Below, one piece after another: positions 1-11,000 of a stretch of 41,482 nucleotides of DNA. The notes beneath the pieces are model-generated. The model had not been told where the DNA came from. It worked only from the letters and a program-made list of their open reading frames with translations, and searched no databases. Position 1 is the first letter of the stretch; every line of letters starts with the position of its first letter. Position numbers and translations under genes: made by a program. Origin of the DNA: Treponemataceae bacterium (GTDB lineage: Bacteria; Spirochaetota; Spirochaetia; Treponematales; Rectinemataceae); NCBI GenBank assembly GCA_963677895.2, contig CAXXGJ010000004.1:1-41482 (forward strand). Direction: 5' to 3'.

Positions 1-292
1 GGCCTTCGTCGTCGAATTCGGGGATGCCCAGCGTGGAGACGGAGCTGGCTTCCCTCTTCGAGAAGATGGCGGTGCCGGAATAGCCCCTGCGTTTGGCGCT
101 GGACCAGTAGACGGCATAAGGCTTGCCGTCTCCCCTGAGGGGATTCTGCAGTTCGAGGGGAAGCTGGTCGGGATGGGCTTTAGTCTCCTGAAGACAGACG
201 AAATCGGCGTCCTCGGCCTTGAGCCAATCGAGAAAACCCTTGCCCGAGCAGGCCCGTATTCCGTTCACGTTCCACGATAAAAGCTTCTTCAT
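1..292 (-). CDS. xth: Exodeoxyribonuclease III (5' part; runs off window start)
   Basis: Manual translation from ATG at 292: MKKLLSWNVNGIRACSGKGFLDWLKAEDADFVCLQETKAHPDQL, with the ExoIII motifs SWNVNGIRA and CLQETK; YSGTAIF follows. Confidence 0.93.
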   Translation of the reverse strand, partial: MKKLLSWNVNGIRACSGKGFLDWLKAEDADFVCLQETKAHPDQLPLELQNPLRGDGKPYAVYWSSAKRRGYSGTAIFSKREASSVSTLGIPEFDDEG

Positions 293-306
293 GCGTTTTC
301 CTTCGT

Positions 307-611
307 TCAGGTTCCCAGAATTGAATCGATGAGTCCCTTCAAGGCTGGATCAATGGTGGAGGGAGCGCCCGCGTTGGTGACATCAATCTGGAATATTCCA
401 TCCTTGAAGACGATGGGGCTCTGTTCGTCGGGAGGGGCAATTCTTCGTCTTCGGTCGACAGCTCGCGGATCGCGCGGGCGAAGCTCTCCCGGGGCGATTG
501 CTTCGCGGCGCCGAAAAAGCCGGAAGCCTTCGTTTCCCTGAGCGCCGCCGCGGCATATCGCCGCGTACCGGGGGAAAAAGCGCCCTGGATGGTTTCTGGT
601 TCTGATTTCAT
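307..611 (-). pseudogene. Small hypothetical protein, apparently frameshifted at ~430-437 (or a sequence indel)
   Basis: ORF 339-611 reads protein-like up to ...STEDEELPLP. The neighbouring frame continues DEQSPIVFKDGIFQIDV...IDPALKGLIDSILGT to a stop at 307. The switch lies in a G-run (gggagggg). Confidence 0.45.
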
Positions 612-751
612 GACTATGGGAGATAAGATACCGCGAATTCGTATCGAGCGCCATACCCCGGAGCGCTTCGCGAAGGGGCGCGCGCCGCAAAACCGGCGCG
701 TTCAGCAACGCCGGCGCGGTTTCGTATTCGCCGCAAAAGTGGTACATTGAA

Positions 752-3697
752 ATGGTGAAATACAATACGATTATCCGACCATCCCGCCGATTCCGGGATT
801 TTTTTATAAAGGCGGCTTTTTCATCGCTGATCCTATTCCTTTTCGCGCTGCCCGGCCGCGCTGAGGGCCAAGCCGTCCGATCCTTCTCCCCCGTGGAGCA
901 TATCCGCACGGATTCCTTCGATATATATTTTCCTCCTTCCCTCGGCGCCCAGGGGCAGAGACTCGCCGCGTTCGCGGACAAGGCTTTTGCTGATCTCCTG
1001 GATTTCTTCGGAACGGCGGCTGGAGGCAAAGAATCGGCCGGGTCCGGCATCGCCTTTCCCAGCGGAAGGATCGCGGTTCTCCTGAGCGATGTCGAACCCG
1101 ACCTGAATGGCTACTCGACGGCCTATCCTTCGAACAGGATCGTCCTCTACGTTTCGTCGGCCGGCCCCACGGGCGAGCTGGCATCGCTGGACGACGAACT
1201 GCGTTCGGTATTCATCCACGAGCTTACCCATACGATAACCGTCAATATGCGCTCTCCCTTCTGGGCGGCGCTGGCCGCGGTCGGCGGCGATTTCGTGGCG
1301 CCCGTTTCCTGGATCATGCCCGAGGCTCTCGTCGAGGGGACGGCCGTATGGGTGGAGAGCCAGTATGGGGCGATGGAGACTCCGGCGCTGCCGAGGACGG
1401 GGAGGCTGCATGACCCCGCCGCTCTCGAGCCCGTTTACCTGGATATTCTGCAGGGAAGGCGGCGGGGCTTATGGGACGTGTCGGGCGTAGCCGACTATCC
1501 GGGTTCCGGGGGAATGCCCTACTATTACGGCGCCCTCTTCGCGAGTTTCATGGAAGAACGCTATGGCGGCGAAAGCATCAGGGACCTCTGGAGCCTGGCC
1601 GCACAGGGCAACCTTTTCACGGGCTTCGACGGCACCTTCGGCACGCGAGGCCTCCTGGGGAAGTACAGCGGACGGCAGCCCGCCGCGCTCTGGAACGAGT
1701 TCCTGAATTGGCTCAGGAGCCGGGCAGAGGAAGCGGCTGGCCCGCAGGACGCCGCGATCGCCGCGGCGGGCAGGCGCATAGGCGCCTTCCATGCCGACGA
1801 AAAACGCCTCTATTACCTCGACCAGGATAAGCGGAACGTCTTCGCGCTGGATCTAGAATCCGGGCAGGCCAAACCACTCAAGCTATTTCCGGGCGACGGC
1901 TACATCGAGGATGTGTGGATTTCGGCCGACGGCGGCTCGCTGGGCATCGATTGGATAAGGATAGGAACCGGCGGCCGAATAGAGCCCGCCAAGTATTTCT
2001 ACGACCTAAACAGCAAAACCATGAGCCAGCCCCAGGAGCGCGAGGTCGAAGAAATCGGCGCCGCCATGGTCAACCTGGAGCCCGGAGCCCCGCTTCCTTT
2101 CCTGCACAAGCCAAGGCTCGATCCATCTACAGGTTATAGATACGGACTCGTCAGAATGGGCACCCGCGTAATGCCCGCGCGCCTATCCGCCGAAGGCGCC
2201 ATGGAAATCCTGGACAGCCCCCTGCTTTTCGTCCGCTCCCTGGCTCTGGCGGGCAGCCCTCCTCCTGGACAAAGCGACGGCTTCGGACAGCTCATCGCCA
2301 TGAGCGCCACTTCCGAAGGCGGACTCTCCCGGATCGCTGTCCTCGCGGAAACGACCGAGGGATGGAAGCTTTATCTGCAGAAAACGGCGCCCGAAGGCGG
2401 CGCCTTTTCCCCGGTTTTCTCGGGCAGGAAGCGACTTATATACAAAGCCGCGCTCGGGGACGGTGAACAGGAATTGCGCGTCGCCAAATTCGACGAATCA
2501 ACCATCGCTTCATACGCCGGGCCTCTAGACGTCGCCTGGAAGCCTCTCGAGACGATGAGAGCCTCGCTCCCGGCGCCATCGGCCCCGACCTCCGCTTCGA
2601 CGGCGAACGAAGAGAAGATCCATGAGCGGCTCAAGCCCACCCTTTTCCCCCGCCTCCTTTCCGCGAGCCTCTATCCATTCGTTGCCAGCGAATCGGCGGG
2701 ATTGACCTTCATAGGCTCCGATCTCACCGAAAGGCTGTCCTGGGAAGCCTCGGCGGGATGGGATTATATCGCGAACGTGCCTGAGACTTCATTTACGATG
2801 GGGCTTGCTGTCGATGAACATTACCTGGCCATCGCGGGCATCGATTCCACCGACTCCAGCTCGGCGGGCATCATCGCCCCTACCCGCATGATAGGCGCCG
2901 CCATGGGTTACCGATACAATCATTACCTTTTGCCCGTCAACCGAAGGTTCTGGACGAGCGCCGCCGCGAGCTTCGCCGGCCTCGACGAAGGCTACACCGT
3001 CGCCGATTACATTTTTCCAAATTTTGACTACCGTTCGGCGGGCGGCTCCGTCGCGGCCGGATATTCCTCGATGCGCGCCCTTCCCTTCGCCCCCTTCGAC
3101 CGCCAGGGCATAGCCTTCTCGGGTGGAAGCGATTACGAAATTCTGCCTGGCACAGTATCGGCCTTTTCCTTTTCGGGCGCCCTGTCTTTCGCCATCCCCC
3201 GACCCGCCGCCAAGCTCTCGTTCTACGGCGCCTGGACACCCTCGAACGAACTGCTCTTCCATCCCATGGGACGCTACTACGCGGTCGGAGGGGCCTACTA
3301 TTCGTCGGCGCTCTCGGCTCCCTACCCCGACTATAAGGAATATGCCCTCATGGGCTCGGGCTCGCCCTGGTACGGCTTCGGCGAACTCGCCGCGCGCATT
3401 GCCACCTTCGAGCTATGGGAAGCGATAGGCCCCATCTCAATGCCCTTCCTCCCCTCCTGGGCCATCCGCCGCGTTTCCTTCTGGGGCGGACTGCGCGCGG
3501 CTCTCCTCGAACAGGCCGGCCTCCCCGTCCTGCCCTATTCCGCTTTCGCCCGCATGGAAACCGACCTAGCGGTCTTGGCGGGACTTGCGGCGGAAGCGCA
3601 CATTGCGTTAAACATTGAAGCTTCCTGGGCCTTCTCCTCCGCGCTGTCGGGGGGACAGACCCTGCACCTGGATTTTGGCATGGGAGTGACCTACTGA
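752..3697 (+). CDS. Large exported protein: N-terminal gluzincin-like (HEXXH) domain, probable C-terminal outer-membrane beta-barrel
   Basis: Signal-peptide-like N-terminus; IHELTH followed by EGTAVWVE; amphipathic beta-strand-like C-terminus ending LHLDFGMGVTY. Confidence 0.6.
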   Translation: MVKYNTIIRPSRRFRDFFIKAAFSSLILFLFALPGRAEGQAVRSFSPVEHIRTDSFDIYFPPSLGAQGQRLAAFADKAFADLLDFFGTAAGGKESAGSGIAFPSGRIAVLLSDVEPDLNGYSTAYPSNRIVLYVSSAGPTGELASLDDELRSVFIHELTHTITVNMRSPFWAALAAVGGDFVAPVSWIMPEALVEGTAVWVESQYGAMETPALPRTGRLHDPAALEPVYLDILQGRRRGLWDVSGVADYPGSGGMPYYYGALFASFMEERYGGESIRDLWSLAAQGNLFTGFDGTFGTRGLLGKYSGRQPAALWNEFLNWLRSRAEEAAGPQDAAIAAAGRRIGAFHADEKRLYYLDQDKRNVFALDLESGQAKPLKLFPGDGYIEDVWISADGGSLGIDWIRIGTGGRIEPAKYFYDLNSKTMSQPQEREVEEIGAAMVNLEPGAPLPFLHKPRLDPSTGYRYGLVRMGTRVMPARLSAEGAMEILDSPLLFVRSLALAGSPPPGQSDGFGQLIAMSATSEGGLSRIAVLAETTEGWKLYLQKTAPEGGAFSPVFSGRKRLIYKAALGDGEQELRVAKFDESTIASYAGPLDVAWKPLETMRASLPAPSAPTSASTANEEKIHERLKPTLFPRLLSASLYPFVASESAGLTFIGSDLTERLSWEASAGWDYIANVPETSFTMGLAVDEHYLAIAGIDSTDSSSAGIIAPTRMIGAAMGYRYNHYLLPVNRRFWTSAAASFAGLDEGYTVADYIFPNFDYRSAGGSVAAGYSSMRALPFAPFDRQGIAFSGGSDYEILPGTVSAFSFSGALSFAIPRPAAKLSFYGAWTPSNELLFHPMGRYYAVGGAYYSSALSAPYPDYKEYALMGSGSPWYGFGELAARIATFELWEAIGPISMPFLPSWAIRRVSFWGGLRAALLEQAGLPVLPYSAFARMETDLAVLAGLAAEAHIALNIEASWAFSSALSGGQTLHLDFGMGVTY

Positions 3698-6159
3698 TGT
3701 CCACGCAGCACAGCGCCCTCGTCGAGGCCGGCCAAAGACTGACGCCGCAAATCTGCACAGAACTCGTGCAAGCCATCGAGTCGGCCGGCGGCATCGAAGT
3801 ATTCGCCATCGGCAGCCTCGACGAAGCCGGCCTCGTCCGCGAGGTGGAAATCGTCGCCCGCGGGACCATCGATACCGTTCCCGCCCTCGGCCCCTACTTC
3901 GAGAAAGGCTCCGTCCTCATCCATAATCATCCATCAGGCTACCTCCAGCCCTCCGAGGCCGACGTCGCCATCGCGGCCGACGCGGGCACCTACGGAGTCG
4001 GCAGCTACATCGTCAACAACACGGTCACGGAACTCTACATAGTGGCCGAGCCGGCGCGCAGGAAATCCTACCGAATGCTGGACGAGGAAGGCCTTTCCGG
4101 CGCCCTCGACCAGGGCGGCAAGCTTTCCCAGAAAATGCCCGCCTTCGAACCCCGCGCCTCGCAAATCGCCATGACCTCCGACGTGGCCTCCCTCTTCAAC
4201 CAGGGCGGCATCCTCGCCGCCGAAGCAGGCACCGGCGTAGGAAAATCCTTCGCTTACCTCGTGCCGGCCATGGCCTGGGCCCAGGGCAACGAGGAAAGAG
4301 TCGTCATCTCCACCGCCACGATAAACCTCCAGGACCAGCTCTTCTCCAAGGACATTCCCCTCGTCGCCTCGATCTTCAAGAAAAAGCTGAAAGCCGTCCT
4401 CGTCAAGGGCAGATCCAACTATGTCTGCAAGCGGAGACTGGGCGAGGCCATCGAGGAAGAAGGCCTTCTCCTGGACGACGAGAGCCCCCTCAAGCGAATT
4501 CTCGCCTGGGACGAATCGGGCGGTTCCGGCGACAGGGCCGACCTGCCCTTCCGCGTCGAGGATCAGGTGTGGAACAAGGTCTGCTCTGAGGCGGACGCCT
4601 GCATTTCGATACGCTGTCCGAGCAGGGAGCGCTGCCACGTGATCTCGGTCAGGAAAAACGCGGCCGACGCCCAGATCATCGTCGTCAACCATCACCTGCT
4701 TTTCGCCGACCTGGCCTCCCGGCAGCGGGGTTCGGGCCTCGAGCAGACCTCTATCCTCCCGGCCTATTCATCCTTGATCCTGGACGAAGCCCACTCGATA
4801 GAAGCGAGCGCGACGAGTCTCTTCACCGAGAGTTTCACGCGGTTTTCCGTCGTCAAGAAACTCTCCCGGCTCTGGCGCAAGAACAGGACAGGACAGTTCG
4901 GCGCGCTCGCGAAGCTCTCCGTCATCCCCGCGATCGGGAAATCCCTCCTCAAGTCCTTCGAACCGGCGGTGAAGGAAATCCAGGCCTCGATGTCGGACCT
5001 GGAAGCCGCCGCCATCCGCCTTTTATCGACCGAGACAACCCTGCGGCTCAGGGAGAAAAACCAGGAGATCGTCTCCTCGGTCTGCGAACCGGCGGGCAGG
5101 CTCCAGCGCTCCATTCTCGCCCTCACGAAGATCATCGCCGACATTCTGGAAGCTTTGCCTGAGTCGCGCGCCCAGGACCCCTCGGCCTTCGAGGCGCGGA
5201 TCATAGCCCGGGGCCTCAACGAGTTGGCTGATCTCATCGCGAGGCTCAAGGATTTCGACGCGAATCCGGACACGATCTTCTGGCTCGAAAAATCGCGCAC
5301 CTCGCAGAAGGACATCTTCATATCGTTCAACGCCACGCCCCTCGAGGTGGCGGCCATCCTCGAGCGCTCGGTCTTCGAGAAGGTGAGGACGGTCGTCTGC
5401 ACCTCGGCTACCTTGTCGGTGGGCGGCAGCTTCGATTTCTGGATGAAACGGATCGGCATTTCCAAGCAGCGCGAGGATGTGGAGACGAAGCATTACCCCT
5501 CGCCTTTCCCCTTCTCCTCGAACGCCATCCTGGCCGTGGACGCGCAGGCCCCGAGCCCGCAGAAGGCCAAGGAGGCTTTCAAGAGCTACGTGGGCGACGC
5601 TGTCGTCCGCCTCCTCACGGCCTCCAGGGGGCGGGCCTTGGTCCTCTTCACGAGCTACGACATCCTTTCGGCTACCTTCGAGAAGGCCAAGCCCGTCATG
5701 GAGAAGGCCGACATCACCTGCTTCAGGCAGGGCATGGACGACCGCTCCAGGCTCCTCACCATGTTCAGGAACGACATCTCGTCTGTCCTCTTCGCGACCG
5801 ATTCCTTCTGGGAAGGCGTCGACGCGCCCGGGGAGACGCTTTCGATGGTCGTCATCACCAAGCTGCCCTTCAAGGTTCCCAACGATCCCATCCAGCAGGC
5901 CCGCGCCGAAGCCGTCGAGAAGCGCGGCGGCAATTCCTTCATGGAAATCAGCGTTCCCGAGGCCATCATCAAGTTCAAGCAGGGTTTCGGCAGGCTCATC
6001 CGCCACTCCGACGACAGGGGCGTGGCCGTCGTTCTCGACCAACGTCTCGCCACGGCCCGATACGGTCAGCTTTTCATAGAAAGCCTCCCGAAATGCAAGC
6101 TGATCACCGACGGCATCGAGACGATAGCCCTCGAAGTGGAGCGATTCCTGGACGCTTGA
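3697..6159 (+). CDS. dinG: DinG/YoaA-family Fe-S DNA helicase with N-terminal JAB/MPN (RadC-like) domain
   Basis: EAGTGVGKS, DEAH, TSATL, FWEGVD and KQGFGRLIR helicase motifs; Cys cluster; N-terminal HNHPSG-x4-SEAD. Confidence 0.88.
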   Translation: MSTQHSALVEAGQRLTPQICTELVQAIESAGGIEVFAIGSLDEAGLVREVEIVARGTIDTVPALGPYFEKGSVLIHNHPSGYLQPSEADVAIAADAGTYGVGSYIVNNTVTELYIVAEPARRKSYRMLDEEGLSGALDQGGKLSQKMPAFEPRASQIAMTSDVASLFNQGGILAAEAGTGVGKSFAYLVPAMAWAQGNEERVVISTATINLQDQLFSKDIPLVASIFKKKLKAVLVKGRSNYVCKRRLGEAIEEEGLLLDDESPLKRILAWDESGGSGDRADLPFRVEDQVWNKVCSEADACISIRCPSRERCHVISVRKNAADAQIIVVNHHLLFADLASRQRGSGLEQTSILPAYSSLILDEAHSIEASATSLFTESFTRFSVVKKLSRLWRKNRTGQFGALAKLSVIPAIGKSLLKSFEPAVKEIQASMSDLEAAAIRLLSTETTLRLREKNQEIVSSVCEPAGRLQRSILALTKIIADILEALPESRAQDPSAFEARIIARGLNELADLIARLKDFDANPDTIFWLEKSRTSQKDIFISFNATPLEVAAILERSVFEKVRTVVCTSATLSVGGSFDFWMKRIGISKQREDVETKHYPSPFPFSSNAILAVDAQAPSPQKAKEAFKSYVGDAVVRLLTASRGRALVLFTSYDILSATFEKAKPVMEKADITCFRQGMDDRSRLLTMFRNDISSVLFATDSFWEGVDAPGETLSMVVITKLPFKVPNDPIQQARAEAVEKRGGNSFMEISVPEAIIKFKQGFGRLIRHSDDRGVAVVLDQRLATARYGQLFIESLPKCKLITDGIETIALEVERFLDA

Positions 6160-6169
6160 CGCTTTTTCC

Positions 6170-6198
6170 TTGCCCCATCTCGACAGCGCTGGTACAAT
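6170..6198 (+). promoter_or_regulatory. Sigma70-type promoter of manA
   Basis: TTGCCC (6170-6175), 17-bp spacer, TACAAT (6193-6198); AAGGA at 6211 precedes ATG 6227. Confidence 0.55.
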
Positions 6199-6226
6199 GC
6201 GAGGCGATGCAAGGAAAATCGACATC

Positions 6227-7483
6227 ATGAAAGATACCTCGGCCCCCGTTTTCAAGCTCGAAAACACGATACGCAACTACGCGTGGGGGAGCTATAACGG
6301 ACTTTCGCTCTATGCCGGCGTCGTCACCGACTCAGGGAAACCTTCGGCCGAATGCTGGATGGGCTCGCATCCGGACGCTCCCTCCTCTCTCCTCCTGCCG
6401 GACGGCAAGGCTCTCCCCCTCCCGAAGTACATCCACGACAATCCCATGAAGAGTCTCGGCGAGGAGGTTTTCGCCGAGTTCGACGACCTGCCCTTCCTTT
6501 TCAAGGCGCTCTCCGCCTCGATGCCCCTCTCCATTCAGGTGCACCCCGACAAGGCGCGCGCCGAGATCGGCTTCGAGCGAGAGGAAAAACGCGGTCTCCC
6601 GCGATCGGCGCCCGAGCGCGACTACAAGGACAGGAACCACAAGCCCGAGCTGGCTGTCGCCCTCTCGCCCTTTTCGGCGCTCTGCGGTTTCAGGAGCGCG
6701 GGCGAGGCCGCGGAATTGCTGGGTCCCGAGCTTTGCGGGTATTTCGGTTTTTCGGCCCTCGACGCTGAGGCCTCGCTGCGCGGTCTTCTAGGGAAGGCCC
6801 TCGCCTTACGCGATAAAGAAAGGACACTGCTCGAAATAAAAGCGACTTCCCGCGCGCGGGATCTCGCGAAGAGCGAGGACGAGGGCGCGAGAATCGCCGG
6901 ACAAACCGTCCTCATGTGCTTTCAGCACTATCCCCATGATCCGGGCGCGATTTCCCCGCTTTTCATGAATGTGCTTTTCCTCGAGCCCGGGCAGGGCATC
7001 TATATTCCCGCTGGCGTCATGCATGCGTATCTGAAGGGCACGATTCTCGAGATTATGGCCACCTCCGACAATGTTATCCGGGGCGGGCTCACGCACAAGC
7101 ATGTCGATGTCGACGATCTCCTCGGCACCCTCGATTTTAAGGCCGAACCTACGCTCATCGAGCCCGTTGCCGGTATTTCTGGCGCGCGCGAGGTTTTCTG
7201 GCCTACGCCGGCGCGCGAATTCGCCCTCTCTCGCTTCGACCTTTCCGACCAGAAGCATGCCGAAGTGAAGCCTTCCGGTCCCGAAATTCTTCTTTGCACC
7301 GCGGGCCAGGCCACCATCGACTGCGCTTCCGGCGCCAATCCATCCATCGTCCTCAAGCGAGGCGAATCCGTCTTCGTGGGCGCGGCATGCAAATCCTATT
7401 CCCTGCGCGGTCCCTGCACGGTCTACCGCGCTCGCGTTGGCTCGCTCGCCTCCTCTCATTTAGATCCCGAGGCGTCGCCATGA
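6227..7483 (+). CDS. manA: Mannose-6-phosphate isomerase, class I
   Basis: YAWGS, WMGSHP, LPFLFK, LSIQVHP, YKDRNHKPE, HAYLKG and SDNVIRGGLT motifs. Confidence 0.95.
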   Translation: MKDTSAPVFKLENTIRNYAWGSYNGLSLYAGVVTDSGKPSAECWMGSHPDAPSSLLLPDGKALPLPKYIHDNPMKSLGEEVFAEFDDLPFLFKALSASMPLSIQVHPDKARAEIGFEREEKRGLPRSAPERDYKDRNHKPELAVALSPFSALCGFRSAGEAAELLGPELCGYFGFSALDAEASLRGLLGKALALRDKERTLLEIKATSRARDLAKSEDEGARIAGQTVLMCFQHYPHDPGAISPLFMNVLFLEPGQGIYIPAGVMHAYLKGTILEIMATSDNVIRGGLTHKHVDVDDLLGTLDFKAEPTLIEPVAGISGAREVFWPTPAREFALSRFDLSDQKHAEVKPSGPEILLCTAGQATIDCASGANPSIVLKRGESVFVGAACKSYSLRGPCTVYRARVGSLASSHLDPEASP

Positions 7484-7929
7484 CGATCTGGGTGGATGGG
7501 GACAGCGCCCCGCGCGACATCCGCCCTATCCTCGTGCGCCGCGGCGCAAACATTCCCGTGCGCTTCGTCTCGGCCCGCAAGCTCCCCGATGTGCCCCCCG
7601 CCCTCGCTATTCTCGTGCCCGCGGGACCCGACGCCGCCGATCATTTCATCGAAGAGAATGCCGCGTTGGGCGACCTCGTCGTCACCCGCGACATCCCCTT
7701 CGCCGAGCGCCTCGCGGAAGCGGGCATTGCCGCAATCAACGACCGCGGCGAACTCTACACCAAAGAAAACGTCTCCGAACGCCGTTCCCTCCGCGACGCC
7801 GCCGCCGAGCTACGTTTTTTGGGCATGGCACCGTCTTCGCCAAAGGGGTCACATAGGACGGCCAAGGATACAAAACATTTTTCTGATGGTTTTGATAGAG
7901 TATTAGCAGCACTAAGGAAGCTAAATTAA
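7480..7929 (+). CDS. YaiI/YqxD (DUF188) family protein
   Basis: ATG overlaps the manA stop (ATGA); MTIWVDGDSAP, DAADHFI, DLVVTRDIPFA and INDRGELYT motifs. Confidence 0.88.
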   Translation: MTIWVDGDSAPRDIRPILVRRGANIPVRFVSARKLPDVPPALAILVPAGPDAADHFIEENAALGDLVVTRDIPFAERLAEAGIAAINDRGELYTKENVSERRSLRDAAAELRFLGMAPSSPKGSHRTAKDTKHFSDGFDRVLAALRKLN

Positions 7930-8000
7930 TTATGATTGTAAAGGGTTAGTATTAAAGAACAATATAATTATTGTAAGATTGACACTTCGGGCAGAAAAAG

Positions 8001-11000
8001 ATGGAAAAATTGAAACCAGCACGAAACGCCTTCTCTGGCTACACATATCAGCAATCGATCATCTTTCTAATTCTATGCATTATGGACTCAAAACGTCAGA
8101 TAAATCAGCTGGAGATCGAGGCTCCAGAAGATCACAATTTTGAAGACGTAGTACTTCAGGATAGCGAGGGGCAAATATCTTGTCAAATAAAGGATATTAA
8201 TTCGATCACCTTATCAGAGATTAAGGTAAACTCTGACAGTATTCTTATAAATAATAAGCAGCATCGGTTGTCGCAAGGAAGAAACATCCTCTTCATAAAA
8301 AAAATCGATTTTGTACCGAACTGCGAAATCCTCGGATTTAAGGCTTATCATCTTGCCTCCAATGTTTATATTATATCGTTATCTCGCGAAGAAGCACTCT
8401 CTGAGACAGAAAGCTACTATCCTCAGAGTCCGACTAGAGTCAGTCAAATGCAGGCTTTCTTTTCTCGCTGTCTCGACAAGCGTATTTTCTTAATCTCAAG
8501 GATTCAGTTGCCAAAGGTGTCTCTTTTCTGTACGGAACTAGACATGCCATCTTTCGATTTAAACGTAGATTGGATAGAGTTAAGTAATCGATTGATAATT
8601 GAGGGAAAGCCTGGAATTGGAAAAAGTCACCTTGTTGGAAGCATCATGCGGAAAATTCCAGAATCTGTCATCTACCGATTCTGGATTTCCTCTCAAGATA
8701 GTCAGTATCGTGTTAGGTTGCAGTTTTCCGATTTCCTCTGCGATCTATCGATGAAAATATTCAGCGATTATACAATAAGAACTGAAGAAGAGATTATTGA
8801 AAAACTTGCTGCTAACAACAATGTCTTGCTAATAGATGGACTCGATCATGTCCGGAACTATAATCCTGTTGATCTTGAAAAGTACTTAGGATTCTTCGAG
8901 TTAGCTTCTCAAAAGGTTAGGATAATTCTAATTACTCGACCTATAGGAATCCTTCCTGATTGGCCGCGAAAGCAGATGCATAATTGGGATGAACGATTCT
9001 CCACTGAGTTTTTGGATCGAGTCTTCGATATAAAAGATTATAAAGTATGTCAGGAGATATTTCGGAAAACCAACGGATACCCGCTTCTCTTGAGATACTA
9101 TGCGGAACATTTCAGACAAAAAGGTGTAGTGCCTTCGGAAACTCTCGGTGAAGATATTGACACTTACTACAGCAATTTATTTGATTCGCTTCAATCAAGA
9201 AGCTGTCTTGCAGTCTTCCTTACAAACCGTTCGTATTTCACGTTTTCTGAAATTGAACAGATTCTAGGTTCAGATCTAAATAATATATTAATGGAAATAG
9301 TTGAATCATTGCCGTATTTGTTTGAAATCCGTTTAAACAGGATCTCACTGTTTCACGACAGTTTTGACACTTTCATCAAGAAGCGGGGAGTCGATTTTGA
9401 GAAATGGAGAGATACTGTAAACGATATAGTATTTCAATCGCTCGCCAATCTTGAACGAGAATATTTCTCGAGAATGAAGGCTTTTGATTTAGATAGAATA
9501 AAAGTTTTGGAATTGGCAAAAAAATATGCATCAATTGAGACTTTTGAAAAAACCATCAAGGATAACATTGACTACGAAGGTTTGCAAACTCACTATCAGC
9601 AGATACATGAGATTATTTGCCAAGAGCTTCCAGGTGAATTCGATGTTTATCAGTACTATGATCTTGTTCTTATTCTTAATATGCTAGCGCGCGACCATGT
9701 CTCTACATTACATAATTTCATGTACACTTACTGCCGTAGCCTTATTTTTCATGGCTACACGGTCGAGGATGTGACAAGTACTGGTTACCTATTCTCAATG
9801 TTCTTTTTCATTGAAACAGGCGATAGTAGTTTGATTCGCCATAAAGTTGGTTCTGATCATTATAGTTTGGATAGATTTGAAGAAGATTTCTTAAATGACA
9901 TAGAATCTGAGCAAGAAATGTTCATGTATGATAAAAAAGTTATCAACTTAACAAGACCTTTGCGTGAAACTTTTACAGGAAAAAATGAATATGATATACT
10001 GGAAATACTTCAGTCCCTGTTATTAACAACATACTCAAACGGAACTCAGAGTGATGAATTAATTGCACTCAATGACTTCTTAATCATGTATCTTCAAGGG
10101 GATACAAAAAGAGCAACAACCGCAATTGTTGAAACCTTCTCGAATTTTGGTTTAAGAGAGCAGAATGTTTGTTTTATGCTTGGTAAAGTCGAAGCATCTA
10201 TCAACGAACGTGGCATAAACTTAGAGAAGGATAGATATTGCGGCATAAGTCTCCAAGACTTCATACTTTCTCAGAATTCTAAAGGCTCATTTTATCTGTG
10301 GATTGAAGTTCTTAACTATATACGTTTGCATCTTCATAAGGGAATACCCATCGATATTGGTTCAATTTCCTTATTTTGGGTCTTCTACGCCCAACGAAAG
10401 GACTATACTGCGCTCGGTGTCGTAAATGCACTCTTGGCGTTTGAAAGCCGAATGCTTATTGGGGTTCTAGAGTCAATTCGAGTGATTGCACGATTCCAGA
10501 GTCTTTCTGAGAAGGGAATTCGCCATATTCTTGGAGAGTATCTAGAGAAATCGCCACCACAAATTATTGAGATCGTAGAAAAATATTTCCCCGTGGAAGA
10601 ACTAGAGGTTATATGGTTCCATCTTCCCTCATTGCACGTGAGCAATTTTACATACGAAACCTTCAGGTGTGGGATGAGACAGCTCCTTAGGAATGGACAC
10701 TACGACAAGACACTTGAACTAGATGATTTCGAATCGGTACTTGATTCTAGCTGGGGGGACCATTGTTCAGAAGTTATTGCTGCACTGGGGTACTCTGTAA
10801 AAGTTGCCGAAGGTCACGTTGTACCTAAGCCATTAACTGATCACAAGGTAGAAATCAAGGAAATAATAGCTGAAAATCCTGCAGGAGCACAGCCAGTGAG
10901 TGAGCAGCGCTATCAAGAAGGAACCCTTGACCAAAGTGACATTCCATTTATCATTGAGAGAGTTCTTTCACCCGAGGAGGTCGCAAAGACGGTAGATGGT

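Noticed and set aside
307..1050. 247-aa ORF as a single gene
   Set aside because: Its 5' half overlaps the 752 gene in antisense and is low-complexity; only the last ~40 codons look coding.
5023..6276. 417-aa - strand ORF, and similar long antisense ORFs (3934-4695, 24211-25188, 35281-36255, 39486-40148)
   Set aside because: They overlap well-supported genes on the opposite strand; typical shadow ORFs with no motifs.
7930..8000. Bona fide attI site with a Pc promoter
   Set aside because: Only a one-mismatch core and a TATAAT without a properly spaced -35; no adjacent intI, so not called.
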